IMG/VR virus record: IMGVR_UViG_3300049491_000383
Location: 64,001-128,000 of that record
Strand: one strand, 5' to 3'
DNA length: 64,000 nucleotides
Source of the DNA: a virus
Each line of letters opens with the position of its first letter. Position 1 is the stretch's first letter. Position numbers and translations under genes: made by a program. This document shows positions 41,129-49,716 of this stretch, piece after piece. The notes beneath the pieces are model-generated. The model saw only the letters and a list, made by a program, of their open reading frames with translations. It ran no database searches and was not told the origin of the DNA.

Positions 41129-41524
41129 TCATCGCTCTAATATCCTGCGTGGCTTATTTGTTTTTCTAGAATAACGAATAGTGGCCCACGTACCACTTCT
41201 TAATACTTCATTATCTGTTTTTGGAGAACCAATAAGAAAATCAGTCTCATCAACTATTTTATGATCACGGGCCAAATAGGGCAAGGGATCGCGATATTCA
41301 TCACATTTCTTGAATGCTCTTTTCCCGTCTGATTGCGGGAGGTGACCTACAATCTTCACTTCAGGGAAGAATAGCCTGACAATGTCGTGCGCATCGGCGT
41401 CTGCACCAATACAATCTCCGTGGTGAAATTCAGTCACACCAAGTTCTTCCAACTTTAGAACAAACTGTTCTTTCTGGTGTTGGCTCATTCCTGCTTGTGT
41501 ACCTGTAAATCCTACCTTAGACAT
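41129..41524 (-). CDS. SLOG-superfamily (YspA/DprA-like) protein
   Basis: VGFTGT, HGDCIGAD, R...IVD, SGTWATIRY. Confidence 0.7.
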   Translation of the reverse strand: MSKVGFTGTQAGMSQHQKEQFVLKLEELGVTEFHHGDCIGADADAHDIVRLFFPEVKIVGHLPQSDGKRAFKKCDEYRDPLPYLARDHKIVDETDFLIGSPKTDNEVLRSGTWATIRYSRKTNKPRRILER

Positions 41525-41882
41525 ATCCGTGTATGCCTGCCAATTTCATTACTAAATAATCACCTTCTTCAAACTGACCAGCACCTTCACAATATTTGCA
41601 CTCAACGTGAACTTCCGAGTATCCCCACGGGCGTTGATGTGCTTCCATTTGTTCACCGGATCCATCGCAGTCCGGACATACAACGTATTTGAGTTCTTCA
41701 GTCATCCGAATGTTATTTTGAATGCTGTGGCATCGTCTTCATTCCTGAAGGCATATTGAAGATACGTGAAATTATCTTTACCCTTTCGGTATTGATAATT
41801 ACCATCACCGGCGCGAGTCTTTAGCCAATAACGAACGCCAGGATTCCAGTCCTGGCGTTTCATCTTTACCTTGTACGGAAAT

Positions 41883-42320
41883 TCAGACAAGGTCACGAAG
41901 TTCCAAATACATCTTGTGGTACTTTTCGATTCGCTTGACGTCTTTTTCGGTAACACCCTTCAAACGACGAATATCACTATTATGACGCAAATCGGCAAGC
42001 TTCACACGGATAGCATCCGGATTGGCCTTAATCTTTGCCAAGTATTCGTCATTGGTTTCTCCGGGCACTTTTGTCATTGAGCGAATGCCTTCAATGACAC
42101 GCTCGGAAAATCCCATCTCACGAAGCAGAGCATACGTAATGTTCTTGCGATCTTCAATCAGGTCATGACCTACAGCAATTTGCTGAAGCTCGTCATCATC
42201 CGACTTCAGATAATGCATAACCTTCAGACAATGAAGCACGTAAGGAACACCACCCTTGTCATAGATGCCATCGAATTCGGTTGTAACCAAAACGATCATT
42301 TTGTTCAGGTTATGCTTCAT
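41883..42320 (-). CDS. HD-domain small alarmone hydrolase-like (Mesh1/SpoT) protein
   Basis: DKGGVPYVLH, GHDLIED, VKLADLRHN. Confidence 0.8.
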   Translation of the reverse strand: MKHNLNKMIVLVTTEFDGIYDKGGVPYVLHCLKVMHYLKSDDDELQQIAVGHDLIEDRKNITYALLREMGFSERVIEGIRSMTKVPGETNDEYLAKIKANPDAIRVKLADLRHNSDIRRLKGVTEKDVKRIEKYHKMYLELRDLV

Positions 42321-42343
42321 AGAGTTCTCCTAGTGCTTACAGT

Positions 42344-42823
42344 TTAGCACTCAGAGTTCAATGTGTCAACAAGAACTTGGAAGGTGTATCTATCCGAGAA
42401 GAAACTAGGTGGCTTGATTTCGCCGTAATGTCGATACCAATCCGGACGTTGATTTAATCGTTCGATAATCCGATTAACATTTACCTTGATTTCATCGGGC
42501 GTGGGAAACCAATCATTACCAATATGTTCATCCGGCATCTCATGTAAGAAGGCTTCGAACGCATTGAAATCTGATATGTTGAAGTTTCTCTTCTTTAATT
42601 CTCGAGTAAGATTTTGATGGCGAATATACAACCAGCCCATCTTATTGTAGAAGAATTTGACATGCCCGGTTGAAAGTGTGTACTTTGCAGGTATGTCAGC
42701 CATTGAAACTGCTTTGGCTAGATTCTTTCTAACCTTTGCCGGAATCATCTTGAGCTCGCGCCATTCGGCAAATAAATGCTGATCGGCTAAATCTTCGGGC
42801 GGAACTAAATTTACTCTTGTCAT
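42344..42823 (-). CDS. denV: pyrimidine-dimer DNA glycosylase / endonuclease V
   Basis: MTRVNLV...LADQHLFAEWREL, GHVKFFYNK, WYR. Confidence 0.93.
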   Translation of the reverse strand: MTRVNLVPPEDLADQHLFAEWRELKMIPAKVRKNLAKAVSMADIPAKYTLSTGHVKFFYNKMGWLYIRHQNLTRELKKRNFNISDFNAFEAFLHEMPDEHIGNDWFPTPDEIKVNVNRIIERLNQRPDWYRHYGEIKPPSFFSDRYTFQVLVDTLNSEC

Positions 42824-42981
42824 ATGTTGGAACGAGGACTCGAACCTCGACTATTATAAAATAGGGACCGTGCTACCTTTACACTATTCCAAACTAAAAA
42901 GTTACTGCGTAGAGACTCGAACTCTATATACCATCCTTACATGCACGAGTGCAGTGGAGGAGCATCCAAGGCAGTAATAAT

Positions 42982-43057
42982 TGGCGCGTTGTCGGGGGAT
43001 CGAACCCCGTCACCTTCAGATTTAGAATCCGCCGCTCTCCCACTGAGCTAACAACGC
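42982..43057 (-). tRNA. amber suppressor tRNA (anticodon CUA)
   Basis: GCGUUGU/ACAACGC acceptor, loop UUCUAAA, G73-CCA. Confidence 0.85.
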
Positions 43058-43090
43058 ATGAGCCCATTTTACAGGCTCTTTCTCTTACTG

Positions 43091-43417
43091 TCAATAGGTG
43101 TGGCGATACAAATCCCATTTACGGAAAAATGCTCGTTCACGATCATTTATAACAGGTCGGGTACAGATTGCACTGTAACCCATACCATTATCGGGTTCAT
43201 AGAACATATAATGGTCGATTCCAGCACAATCAATCTTTCGTGAAATCATCTTCAAATCATCCTCATCTCTTGCGGAGAGAAGGATGAGACTTGAGACATC
43301 TTTATACTCCGAATGCGGAAGCATTTTGCCTGCTTCATGACAGGCATGTCCAAGTTGCACAATCTTCTGTTCAGGAGAAAGATCTTCCCGAATAAAAGTG
43401 TAGATGTATGAATTCAT
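43091..43417 (-). CDS. Pth2-like (peptidyl-tRNA hydrolase fold) protein
   Basis: YTFIREDL..EQKIVQLGHAC...LILL...FYEPD...SAIC. Confidence 0.7.
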   Translation of the reverse strand: MNSYIYTFIREDLSPEQKIVQLGHACHEAGKMLPHSEYKDVSSLILLSARDEDDLKMISRKIDCAGIDHYMFYEPDNGMGYSAICTRPVINDRERAFFRKWDLYRHTY

Positions 43418-43803
43418 TTGATTCCCGCATTCTTTGTTGTCTTTGCTGCTTCGAGCAACTGCTTCATTTCGTCTTCATCCAACCACTTTGCAAAGTTAGA
43501 ATACTTAATAGAATTCAATGCCGTCTCCAGTGCTCCGTAAGGGTATGCACCGTTCTCGAGCTTTACTTTGTTTGTGATGGGCTTGAAGGATCTATGCAGA
43601 CGCGACTTTGCACCTTCGGGCACCTGTTCCTTACGGAGAGCTCGATAGACGCACAATGCGGCAATATCTTCTTTGGTTACTTCGCGGGAGGCAGCAAGTG
43701 CTTTCCACTGTGGACGAATGTCCTTGATTGGCTTTGCAGCCTCCGGAGCTTGGGTTGTTGCTTCGGTCTTGGCCTCATCGGCCTTCTTCAAAAAGTTAAA
43801 CAT
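43414..43803 (-). CDS. hypothetical protein
   Basis: 129 aa, SFKPITN.VKLENG; coupled to the Pth2-like gene. Confidence 0.65.
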   Translation of the reverse strand: MFNFLKKADEAKTEATTQAPEAAKPIKDIRPQWKALAASREVTKEDIAALCVYRALRKEQVPEGAKSRLHRSFKPITNKVKLENGAYPYGALETALNSIKYSNFAKWLDEDEMKQLLEAAKTTKNAGIK

Positions 43804-44231
43804 GATTTATTCCTTAAAAATTAGTTTGATTAGATAACAAAATTGCAATGCATACGATCAAACGTTTTTAGGAACTATCTTCAAAAACCTACATCATGGT
43901 AGTATTCTCCGTTGGTTAATAGATTACAGTGTAGTAGAACTTTTCGGGTATAAACCGACTGTGCAAGAGGCTTTCACCATACACTCCTATACTACAACTG
44001 TATTTATGTCTTGAGTAAATTCTCCCGGTTCAAAGACGGGCGGGCAAGCCAGTGCTAATGCACTCCCCTAGCATACTCAAGACATAAACACAGATTATCA
44101 CTTTTAATGATAACATAGATCCTATCCGGTATCGCGCTTGCCGGCCTCCTGTTTCCAGGCGAACACTTGTTCTAAAGGATATGTGTTTATGAGCCACTAC
44201 TTTAACAATAGTGGCTCTACCTGTCAACTGG

Positions 44232-45173
44232 TTAGACTATTTCCAAACCAGTACCGCATTCACTGCAAAATTTAGCATTCGCCTTATTCACGTGTCCGCA
44301 TGTTGTGCATTTTTGCTTGGCTCTCGCAACCACTGGTGCAACAATATTGATTGCCCCGGCGCGGCCGGCCAAACGAAGAATGATAACGTGGGATTGTGCT
44401 TCAGACTTGAATCCATAGACTGTGTGGAACTTTTGTTCAACCTTTGAACCTGGTACAGTAATACCGACATCATTGGTAACAGTTACTTCTGCAGGTGCAG
44501 CAGTTTCTGTTGAGTCAAGTGTTGAGAAACTATCCATTGTTGCAGAGTTGTATGCTGCGTTTGATCCACTTACTGCATTTGCAGAAAATGTGGCATTCAT
44601 TGCCTGGGCCATTCCGCCACCATCATCGACGGCACCACGAATATTTGCAGACTTTACCGAAGCTGATCCAAGTTTCACATTGGACAGATTACCAGAGGTG
44701 CTCGATACAGAACCATAGTACGGACCGTTGAATGGTGGTGACCAGAACGACCTTCTATAGGTTGGATAATACCAATCATCGTAATGATGATGAACTGTAG
44801 TGGTAACAACTGGTTCTTCTTGTTCGAACCAAAACTCAACACGGACAACGCCGTCATCCATCTTGATACCACGTGGGCCATCTTCGATCTTTTGTGTGCG
44901 TTCAATGAACTTAAAGGCGTTGCCTTCGTCCATATTTCCGTTGCGGATAAAACGCTTCATTTCAACTTCAGCGTTTGCATTCACAATAATATTTTCACCA
45001 TCAAGGACATCTTGTCCATCGATGTGTAATGTGAACTTTGCTCTACGGGAGTTGAGGTTTTTAACTAGAACGCTGAATTCACTTCCAAACGGTAAGTGAA
45101 CTAGGTCTTTTGCTTCTTTGAGAATTTTGCCGTTGGCCTTGATAGCCACGACGAATTTTGAATCGTACATCAT
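44232..45173 (-). CDS. conserved phage protein with C-terminal zinc ribbon
   Basis: CTTCG...FCSECG; AAAGGA SD. Confidence 0.7.
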   Translation of the reverse strand: MMYDSKFVVAIKANGKILKEAKDLVHLPFGSEFSVLVKNLNSRRAKFTLHIDGQDVLDGENIIVNANAEVEMKRFIRNGNMDEGNAFKFIERTQKIEDGPRGIKMDDGVVRVEFWFEQEEPVVTTTVHHHYDDWYYPTYRRSFWSPPFNGPYYGSVSSTSGNLSNVKLGSASVKSANIRGAVDDGGGMAQAMNATFSANAVSGSNAAYNSATMDSFSTLDSTETAAPAEVTVTNDVGITVPGSKVEQKFHTVYGFKSEAQSHVIILRLAGRAGAINIVAPVVARAKQKCTTCGHVNKANAKFCSECGTGLEIV

Positions 45174-45282
45174 GTTTTCCTTTCTTACAGCACACTGAGT
45201 AAGTGCTCAATAGTTTAAAACTCAGTTAGGTACCCACTGTGGGCAAAACTATTTATCACCGGCACAAAATTATGCCAAAGAA

Positions 45283-45303
45283 AATGGGGCCGAAGCCCCA
45301 TGG
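45283..45303 (-). terminator. terminator after tmRNA
   Basis: UGGGGC-UUCG-GCCCCA followed by a U-tract. Confidence 0.7.
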
Positions 45304-45304
45304 T

Positions 45305-45683
45305 ATTTTGGTTTACAAGGTATAACCTACCCCGGAGTCTAGTGTTTCTTAGGCAGCTAGGAGCATCATGTCGCTATCAGCCAAGGCTGAAAGGTCAAGA
45401 GCTGTCTCAGTTGTAATTGCGTTTGCTTTTACGGTTTGTGCTTGATTTACGGTCATCGCCTACCGTGTTGTCCACTCTCGTACTCTTTACCCCGTCGAAT
45501 ACCTGGTCCGCCCCATTATTAAACATACCGTGAAAAATTCGAATTCTCTTTCCTGCCCATACAACAGGTGACCGTCTTTAAGCTGGAGTCGAACCAGCAA
45601 TAACCCATTCGATATGTTTAATGGTGGAGCGGGCGGGAATCGAACCCGCGTCCGGAACACTTTTCTGTTCGCTTCATACAACA
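45305..45683 (-). ncRNA. ssrA: two-piece (circularly permuted) tmRNA
   Basis: Acceptor piece ending GGUUCGAUUCCCGCCCGCUCCACCA (45622) precedes the coding piece starting GGGGCGGA..UUCGACGGG (45514); G3-U70; tag ANAITTETALDLSALADSDMMLLAA*. Confidence 0.9.
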
Positions 45684-45718
45684 ATAACTAACTACTTTAT
45701 AGCATTCTATTTATCTTG

Positions 45719-46228
45719 TCAACCATCCTGAAAGCAGATCTTATCCACTTTTACGTTGAATTCTAACTGTGCATGTGAACGCACAACAAAGAAATGTATG
45801 CGATCGTTACTGATAGGATTTTCTGGATTTATTACCATATCACCTTTTCTCATACCTGCTTGATATGCGGGATAAAATTCAGGAATATGTGTTATCACAT
45901 TTGTTTGCGGATTCCAAATAAATCCAACACCCTTATATGACTTATCCTTACCGTCACATACTCGTTCGTCTGTTTTATAGGTCGGCTTTGGAATTGGCAA
46001 ATCACTCTTTAATGGAAGAAGATTATCAATAACGGGTTGCGGTTTTTCTTTTGGTAGTAACCTAACCTCTATACGCTTCTCTTCTTTTTTTGGAACTGTT
46101 GCTTCCGGAACAGGCGGAGTTGAAGTCACAACATACTTCTTTGGAAAATGTATTAGGTGATAAAACATTATCGTCGCATGGATAGCGATTGATAAACTCA
46201 ACCACGGAAGAATAGACTTTTTCTCCAA
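45719..46228 (-). CDS. membrane-anchored protein with Pro-rich linker and PDZ-like domain
   Basis: SIAIHA TM segment, GVGF...PAYQAGMRKGD. Confidence 0.55.
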   Translation of the reverse strand: MEKKSILPWLSLSIAIHATIMFYHLIHFPKKYVVTSTPPVPEATVPKKEEKRIEVRLLPKEKPQPVIDNLLPLKSDLPIPKPTYKTDERVCDGKDKSYKGVGFIWNPQTNVITHIPEFYPAYQAGMRKGDMVINPENPISNDRIHFFVVRSHAQLEFNVKVDKICFQDG

Positions 46229-46238
46229 CTCGTTCCCC

Positions 46239-46907
46239 TTACCACATTAAATCGAAGTAACCTCTCATTACCTTACTAACTGTAGCACTTGCACCAGTGT
46301 TGTGATCTTTTACACTATCATCCTGAAAACGATATGTACGGATCTTATCACCACGCATGCCAGATCCGACCTGTTGTTTACGATCACTATCTAGGTTCTG
46401 TTTGAACTCTCTGCGTGCTTGTGAACTAAGTGTCTCTAGCAGTGCTTGTTTCGCCGATTCTAGGCTATTTTGCCTAGAACGACATTGTGCTGTGGCAGTC
46501 TGGCCTGTAGGCAAATACGTCATACGACACGAATTTTGATGTTTATTTCTGTGTTGGCCGCCTGCACCTGTGCCGCTATACCATTCAATTCTAAAATCAG
46601 ATTCCTTGTATTCTTCTACACGCAATTCGGGATCAGTGATCGCAACTGTTACGGTGCTGGTATGAACTCTGCCTTTGCGCTCTGTTGGAGGTACTCGTTG
46701 AATACGGTGACCACCTGCCTCATTCTGTAACTTAGATAAATCTGTGCCAACTACTTCTAAAAAGATTTCGCCCGGCACTTCCTTAACTATGCGATTGATT
46801 CAGCCGACTCTATCGCAGTGTCGTTGGTATGCTTGAGCAAGATCCATTGCGAATAGCTTGCTATCTTCTCCGCCTTCGGCGGCACGTATTTCAATAACTC
46901 TCTTCAT
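46239..46907 (-). CDS. RF1-like peptide chain release factor (domain 1 missing), in-frame UGA at codon 36
   Basis: EIRAAEGGEDSKLFA..G*..EAGGHRIQRVPPTERKGRVHTS, GAGGQH, IRTY; GGAGG SD before ATG 46907. Confidence 0.85.
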
Positions 46908-46925
46908 ATTGCCTCCATAAAAACT

Positions 46926-47003
46926 TGGCGGGGCGTACGGGATTCGAACCCGTGGTCTCTGACGTGACAGGCCAGCGCATTAGGCCAACTATGCTAACGC
47001 CCC
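46926..47003 (-). tRNA. tRNA-Asp(GUC)
   Basis: Loop CUGUCAC, CCA. Confidence 0.93.
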
Positions 47004-47006
47004 AAA

Positions 47007-47345
47007 TTTGATTACCCTATAGCCGGGGTTCTGTGCCTCTTTCGAGCGACAATCATTCATCTACGGTATTTAGCCGTCCTCCCCAGGTTTCAATCTGGAT
47101 CATAGGTGCCACAACCCGAACCCTCGGCGAACAGCGTCAACGAGTTCTGTTTGTGTTACTGCGGGATCGTTGTGGTACAAGCGTGTTATGAACGTATAGT
47201 GCAGGGTCTCATCGACCTGGGGCCACTCTATCCATTTCCTTATGGGCGTTCTATAGCGTATAACACTTCCACAGAGCGATGAACCCTGTTCTATGCAGGC
47301 CCGAACTTCCTCTACCTTTCAGCAGCGATTGTCCAGGTAATCAAA
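47007..47345 (-). ncRNA. rnpB: RNase P RNA
   Basis: P1 UUUGAUUACC/GGUAAUCAAA; GAGGAAGUUCGGGC (CR-I); AGAUGAAUGAUUGUC; ACAGAACCCCGGCUAUA (CR-V). Confidence 0.88.
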
Positions 47346-47658
47346 TATTGTAATAATCAAACTTCTCTAGTCTTCTAAGTAACTCGTCTCTCAGAGCATC
47401 CAGTGCGTATGGGGCACGTGGTGGGGTCTGAACAGGGTCGTAATGATGAATTTTAACTTCATCCTCATACCATTCGAGAAGCTTTTTGCTTGTTTCATTT
47501 TCTATTGTCATGATTATTTGTTCGGTTGAGATACCACCGGGCGTCGACTAACGCCCTGCTGTATATTCACTCTCGGAATGCAGTCCTAAAGCATGGAATC
47601 GCTACCAACCTAAAATGTAGTCTTAGCGGTACCTCAGGACTAAGTGTAGCTGTAATCG

Positions 47659-47928
47659 CTACTTGATGCAAGAATTCAGTGCAGCCAAAAGCTCTTCCTC
47701 GTATCCGAGATGTAACTTTCTATCTGCAAGTGTTGCCTTTGTCTTTTCAAAAACATCCTGATCTTCGGATAATTTGTCAAAACTAAACTCTGGCTTTGTT
47801 GGAACGGTAGCCTTGCAAGGCATTGCTACCGGAACTTCAACGCGCTGAATTACTGTGTTGATAAGTGGTGCATCTGTTGCACAACCTGCAAGAAACAATG
47901 CTGCTACCAATACGAGTTTATTTTGCAT
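47659..47928 (-). CDS. o-spanin (Rz1-like lipoprotein)
   Basis: Lipobox LAGC, Pro-rich, overlaps the i-spanin gene. Confidence 0.75.
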   Translation of the reverse strand: MQNKLVLVAALFLAGCATDAPLINTVIQRVEVPVAMPCKATVPTKPEFSFDKLSEDQDVFEKTKATLADRKLHLGYEEELLAALNSCIK

Positions 47929-48304
47929 TTTTAATCTCCTCGTTAATTAGTTGATTAGCTGCATCGCATTTTGACACATTCTGTGGGGAGACTCTTTTTA
48001 GAAGTGCATCTGCCTGTTTCTTAAAACTGTCAGCTTTGACTTTTGCCTTTGCGACTTCAGCAGCACCAGCTTTCTCGCGTGCGTCAGAATCGGCCTTTAG
48101 TTTATCAATCGCAGCATTTTGTTCTGTGATTGCACCTTGCAGACTCTTAACAGATGCCTGAGAAATAGCAAGCTCAGCAACAAGATTTTTCTTCTCGGTT
48201 TCACAGTGTTTAAGCTCGGTTTTTATAAAAGCAATGTATATACCCAGGGCAACAACTATCACCCCGATGATAACATACTTATTTGTTAGCAATGATAACC
48301 ACAT
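47918..48304 (-). CDS. i-spanin (Rz-like)
   Basis: N-terminal TM plus coiled coil; late box upstream. Confidence 0.75.
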   Translation of the reverse strand: MWLSLLTNKYVIIGVIVVALGIYIAFIKTELKHCETEKKNLVAELAISQASVKSLQGAITEQNAAIDKLKADSDAREKAGAAEVAKAKVKADSFKKQADALLKRVSPQNVSKCDAANQLINEEIKNAK

Positions 48305-48325
48305 AATAGAACCTCTTCGTTTCTA

Positions 48326-49096
48326 TTATTTATCAGATCCTAGACGTAATAGTGGGATGAAGATACGGCAGGGATCATATTCCCACCATTTAGATCCGAA
48401 ATCAAACTTAGCTGGGTATTTGTGATGATTATTGTGCCAGCCCTGTCCCCAACCTAAATACCCAAGTGGTACAAAGTTAGAACTGATATCATCTGTGTCA
48501 AAGTTTCTGTATCCAAGACTTGGCCAATGTCCAAAGACATTTACTGAAAAATCTTGAAGCATTGATATTGTTGCTGCAATGCAGTATCCAAATAGAAGTG
48601 CTTTCCAACTTACAAGTCCAAGAAGGATAACAAATATCCATACAAGTTTGAAGTAATGTTTATGTGCAAATACGTGATTGGGTTTACGCAGTAGTTTCAC
48701 AGCATATTTGTGATTCACAGATTGTGCTGTAACATGAAATATCCAACCAATAAATGCATACCATTTTCCCTTGTTAGGTGTATGTGGATCTTTTTCGGTA
48801 TCGGCATGTGGGTGGTGATAACCCATATGTGTTGCTACCCAGGTGATTGAACTACTCTGGCAGGCAAGTGTTCCACATGTAAGAATAACATTATCAAGCC
48901 AAGGTTTCAATATATAACAACGGTGACTATATACTCTGTGAAATCCGGTAGCAATACCGAGCCCACTGAGTAATACCCAGAAGATAAAAGTAAGCAGGAG
49001 CCACGCATATGCCCCCGTTATTATCATTGTTGTAAGACCGATAATGCCCAATAGTGTTATCGGTAATACAATTAACCCGAAGTACCTAAAATTCAT
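48326..49096 (-). CDS. membrane acyl desaturase (delta9-type)
   Basis: His boxes HRVYSH, HMGYHH, HNNHH. Confidence 0.92.
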   Translation of the reverse strand: MNFRYFGLIVLPITLLGIIGLTTMIITGAYAWLLLTFIFWVLLSGLGIATGFHRVYSHRCYILKPWLDNVILTCGTLACQSSSITWVATHMGYHHPHADTEKDPHTPNKGKWYAFIGWIFHVTAQSVNHKYAVKLLRKPNHVFAHKHYFKLVWIFVILLGLVSWKALLFGYCIAATISMLQDFSVNVFGHWPSLGYRNFDTDDISSNFVPLGYLGWGQGWHNNHHKYPAKFDFGSKWWEYDPCRIFIPLLRLGSDK

Positions 49097-49716
49097 AAAA
49101 ATCCTGCTATTGGCAACTCCGTTGGTCTATGTTCAGACTTCAAAAACGCGCATCGTACAAGTGAATCAACCGGCATAAGTGTCCTGTTGAACAATATTTG
49201 CCAAGGAACAAGATAGATGCACTTTGTCTTGGCTGGTACAACAAACTCATTAACAAAATCGTATCTTTCTCTATTGTATTTACTAAATGCAAGACGTCGG
49301 TATGTTGCCTCATACTTAAGATTAAACATAGAGAAGAATTTATATCTTCCATTATCTTCGTTATATTTGATTGCTGCATCTAGGGCATATTTGATATGAG
49401 ATTGATTCTTACTTCTAACTTGTGTCCAAAACCAATCCGGTGTTTCTACAGACTCATAAAAAGAAACGTAAGATGTAATAATACCATCCTCGTCAAATGT
49501 TCCGAATGCTTTAAAGTTTTGAAGATTGGTAAGGTACGTATCGCAGAATACCGAATAGGCCATATATAGGAAATCCGGATCTGATTTACTAAATGATCCG
49601 CTGGCATCGGGAGTTTCTTCCGATAACTTTACTCCCATATATTTGTTCCTGTAGAACAGATGAGCTATGGATTCCCGATGTGTTTTATTTAATAGTTCAA
49701 CTCTCATATTCACCAT
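49093..49716 (-). CDS. hypothetical protein, possibly GNAT-like
   Basis: 207 aa, coupled within the cluster; fold guessed from pattern only. Confidence 0.4.
   Translation of the reverse strand: MVNMRVELLNKTHRESIAHLFYRNKYMGVKLSEETPDASGSFSKSDPDFLYMAYSVFCDTYLTNLQNFKAFGTFDEDGIITSYVSFYESVETPDWFWTQVRSKNQSHIKYALDAAIKYNEDNGRYKFFSMFNLKYEATYRRLAFSKYNRERYDFVNEFVVPAKTKCIYLVPWQILFNRTLMPVDSLVRCAFLKSEHRPTELPIAGFL

Noticed and set aside
45487-45684. 65-aa ORF, and similar short ORFs at 33475, 42924, 58973, 59053 and 61863
   Set aside because: They overlap tmRNA, tRNA or structured RNA; RVRFPP/SNP-type peptides are T-arm translation artefacts
46800-46802. Selenocysteine or prfB-type +1 frameshift at the RF UGA
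   Set aside because: The downstream sequence continues in the same frame, there is no CUU-UGA slippery site, no UCA-anticodon tRNA was seen in the window, and the position aligns with Trp
47523-47610. AGAGUGAAUAUACAGCAG resembling the NUWCMGCAA element
   Set aside because: Spacing is 2 nt off and there is no matching 3' stem strand; not counted as a copy
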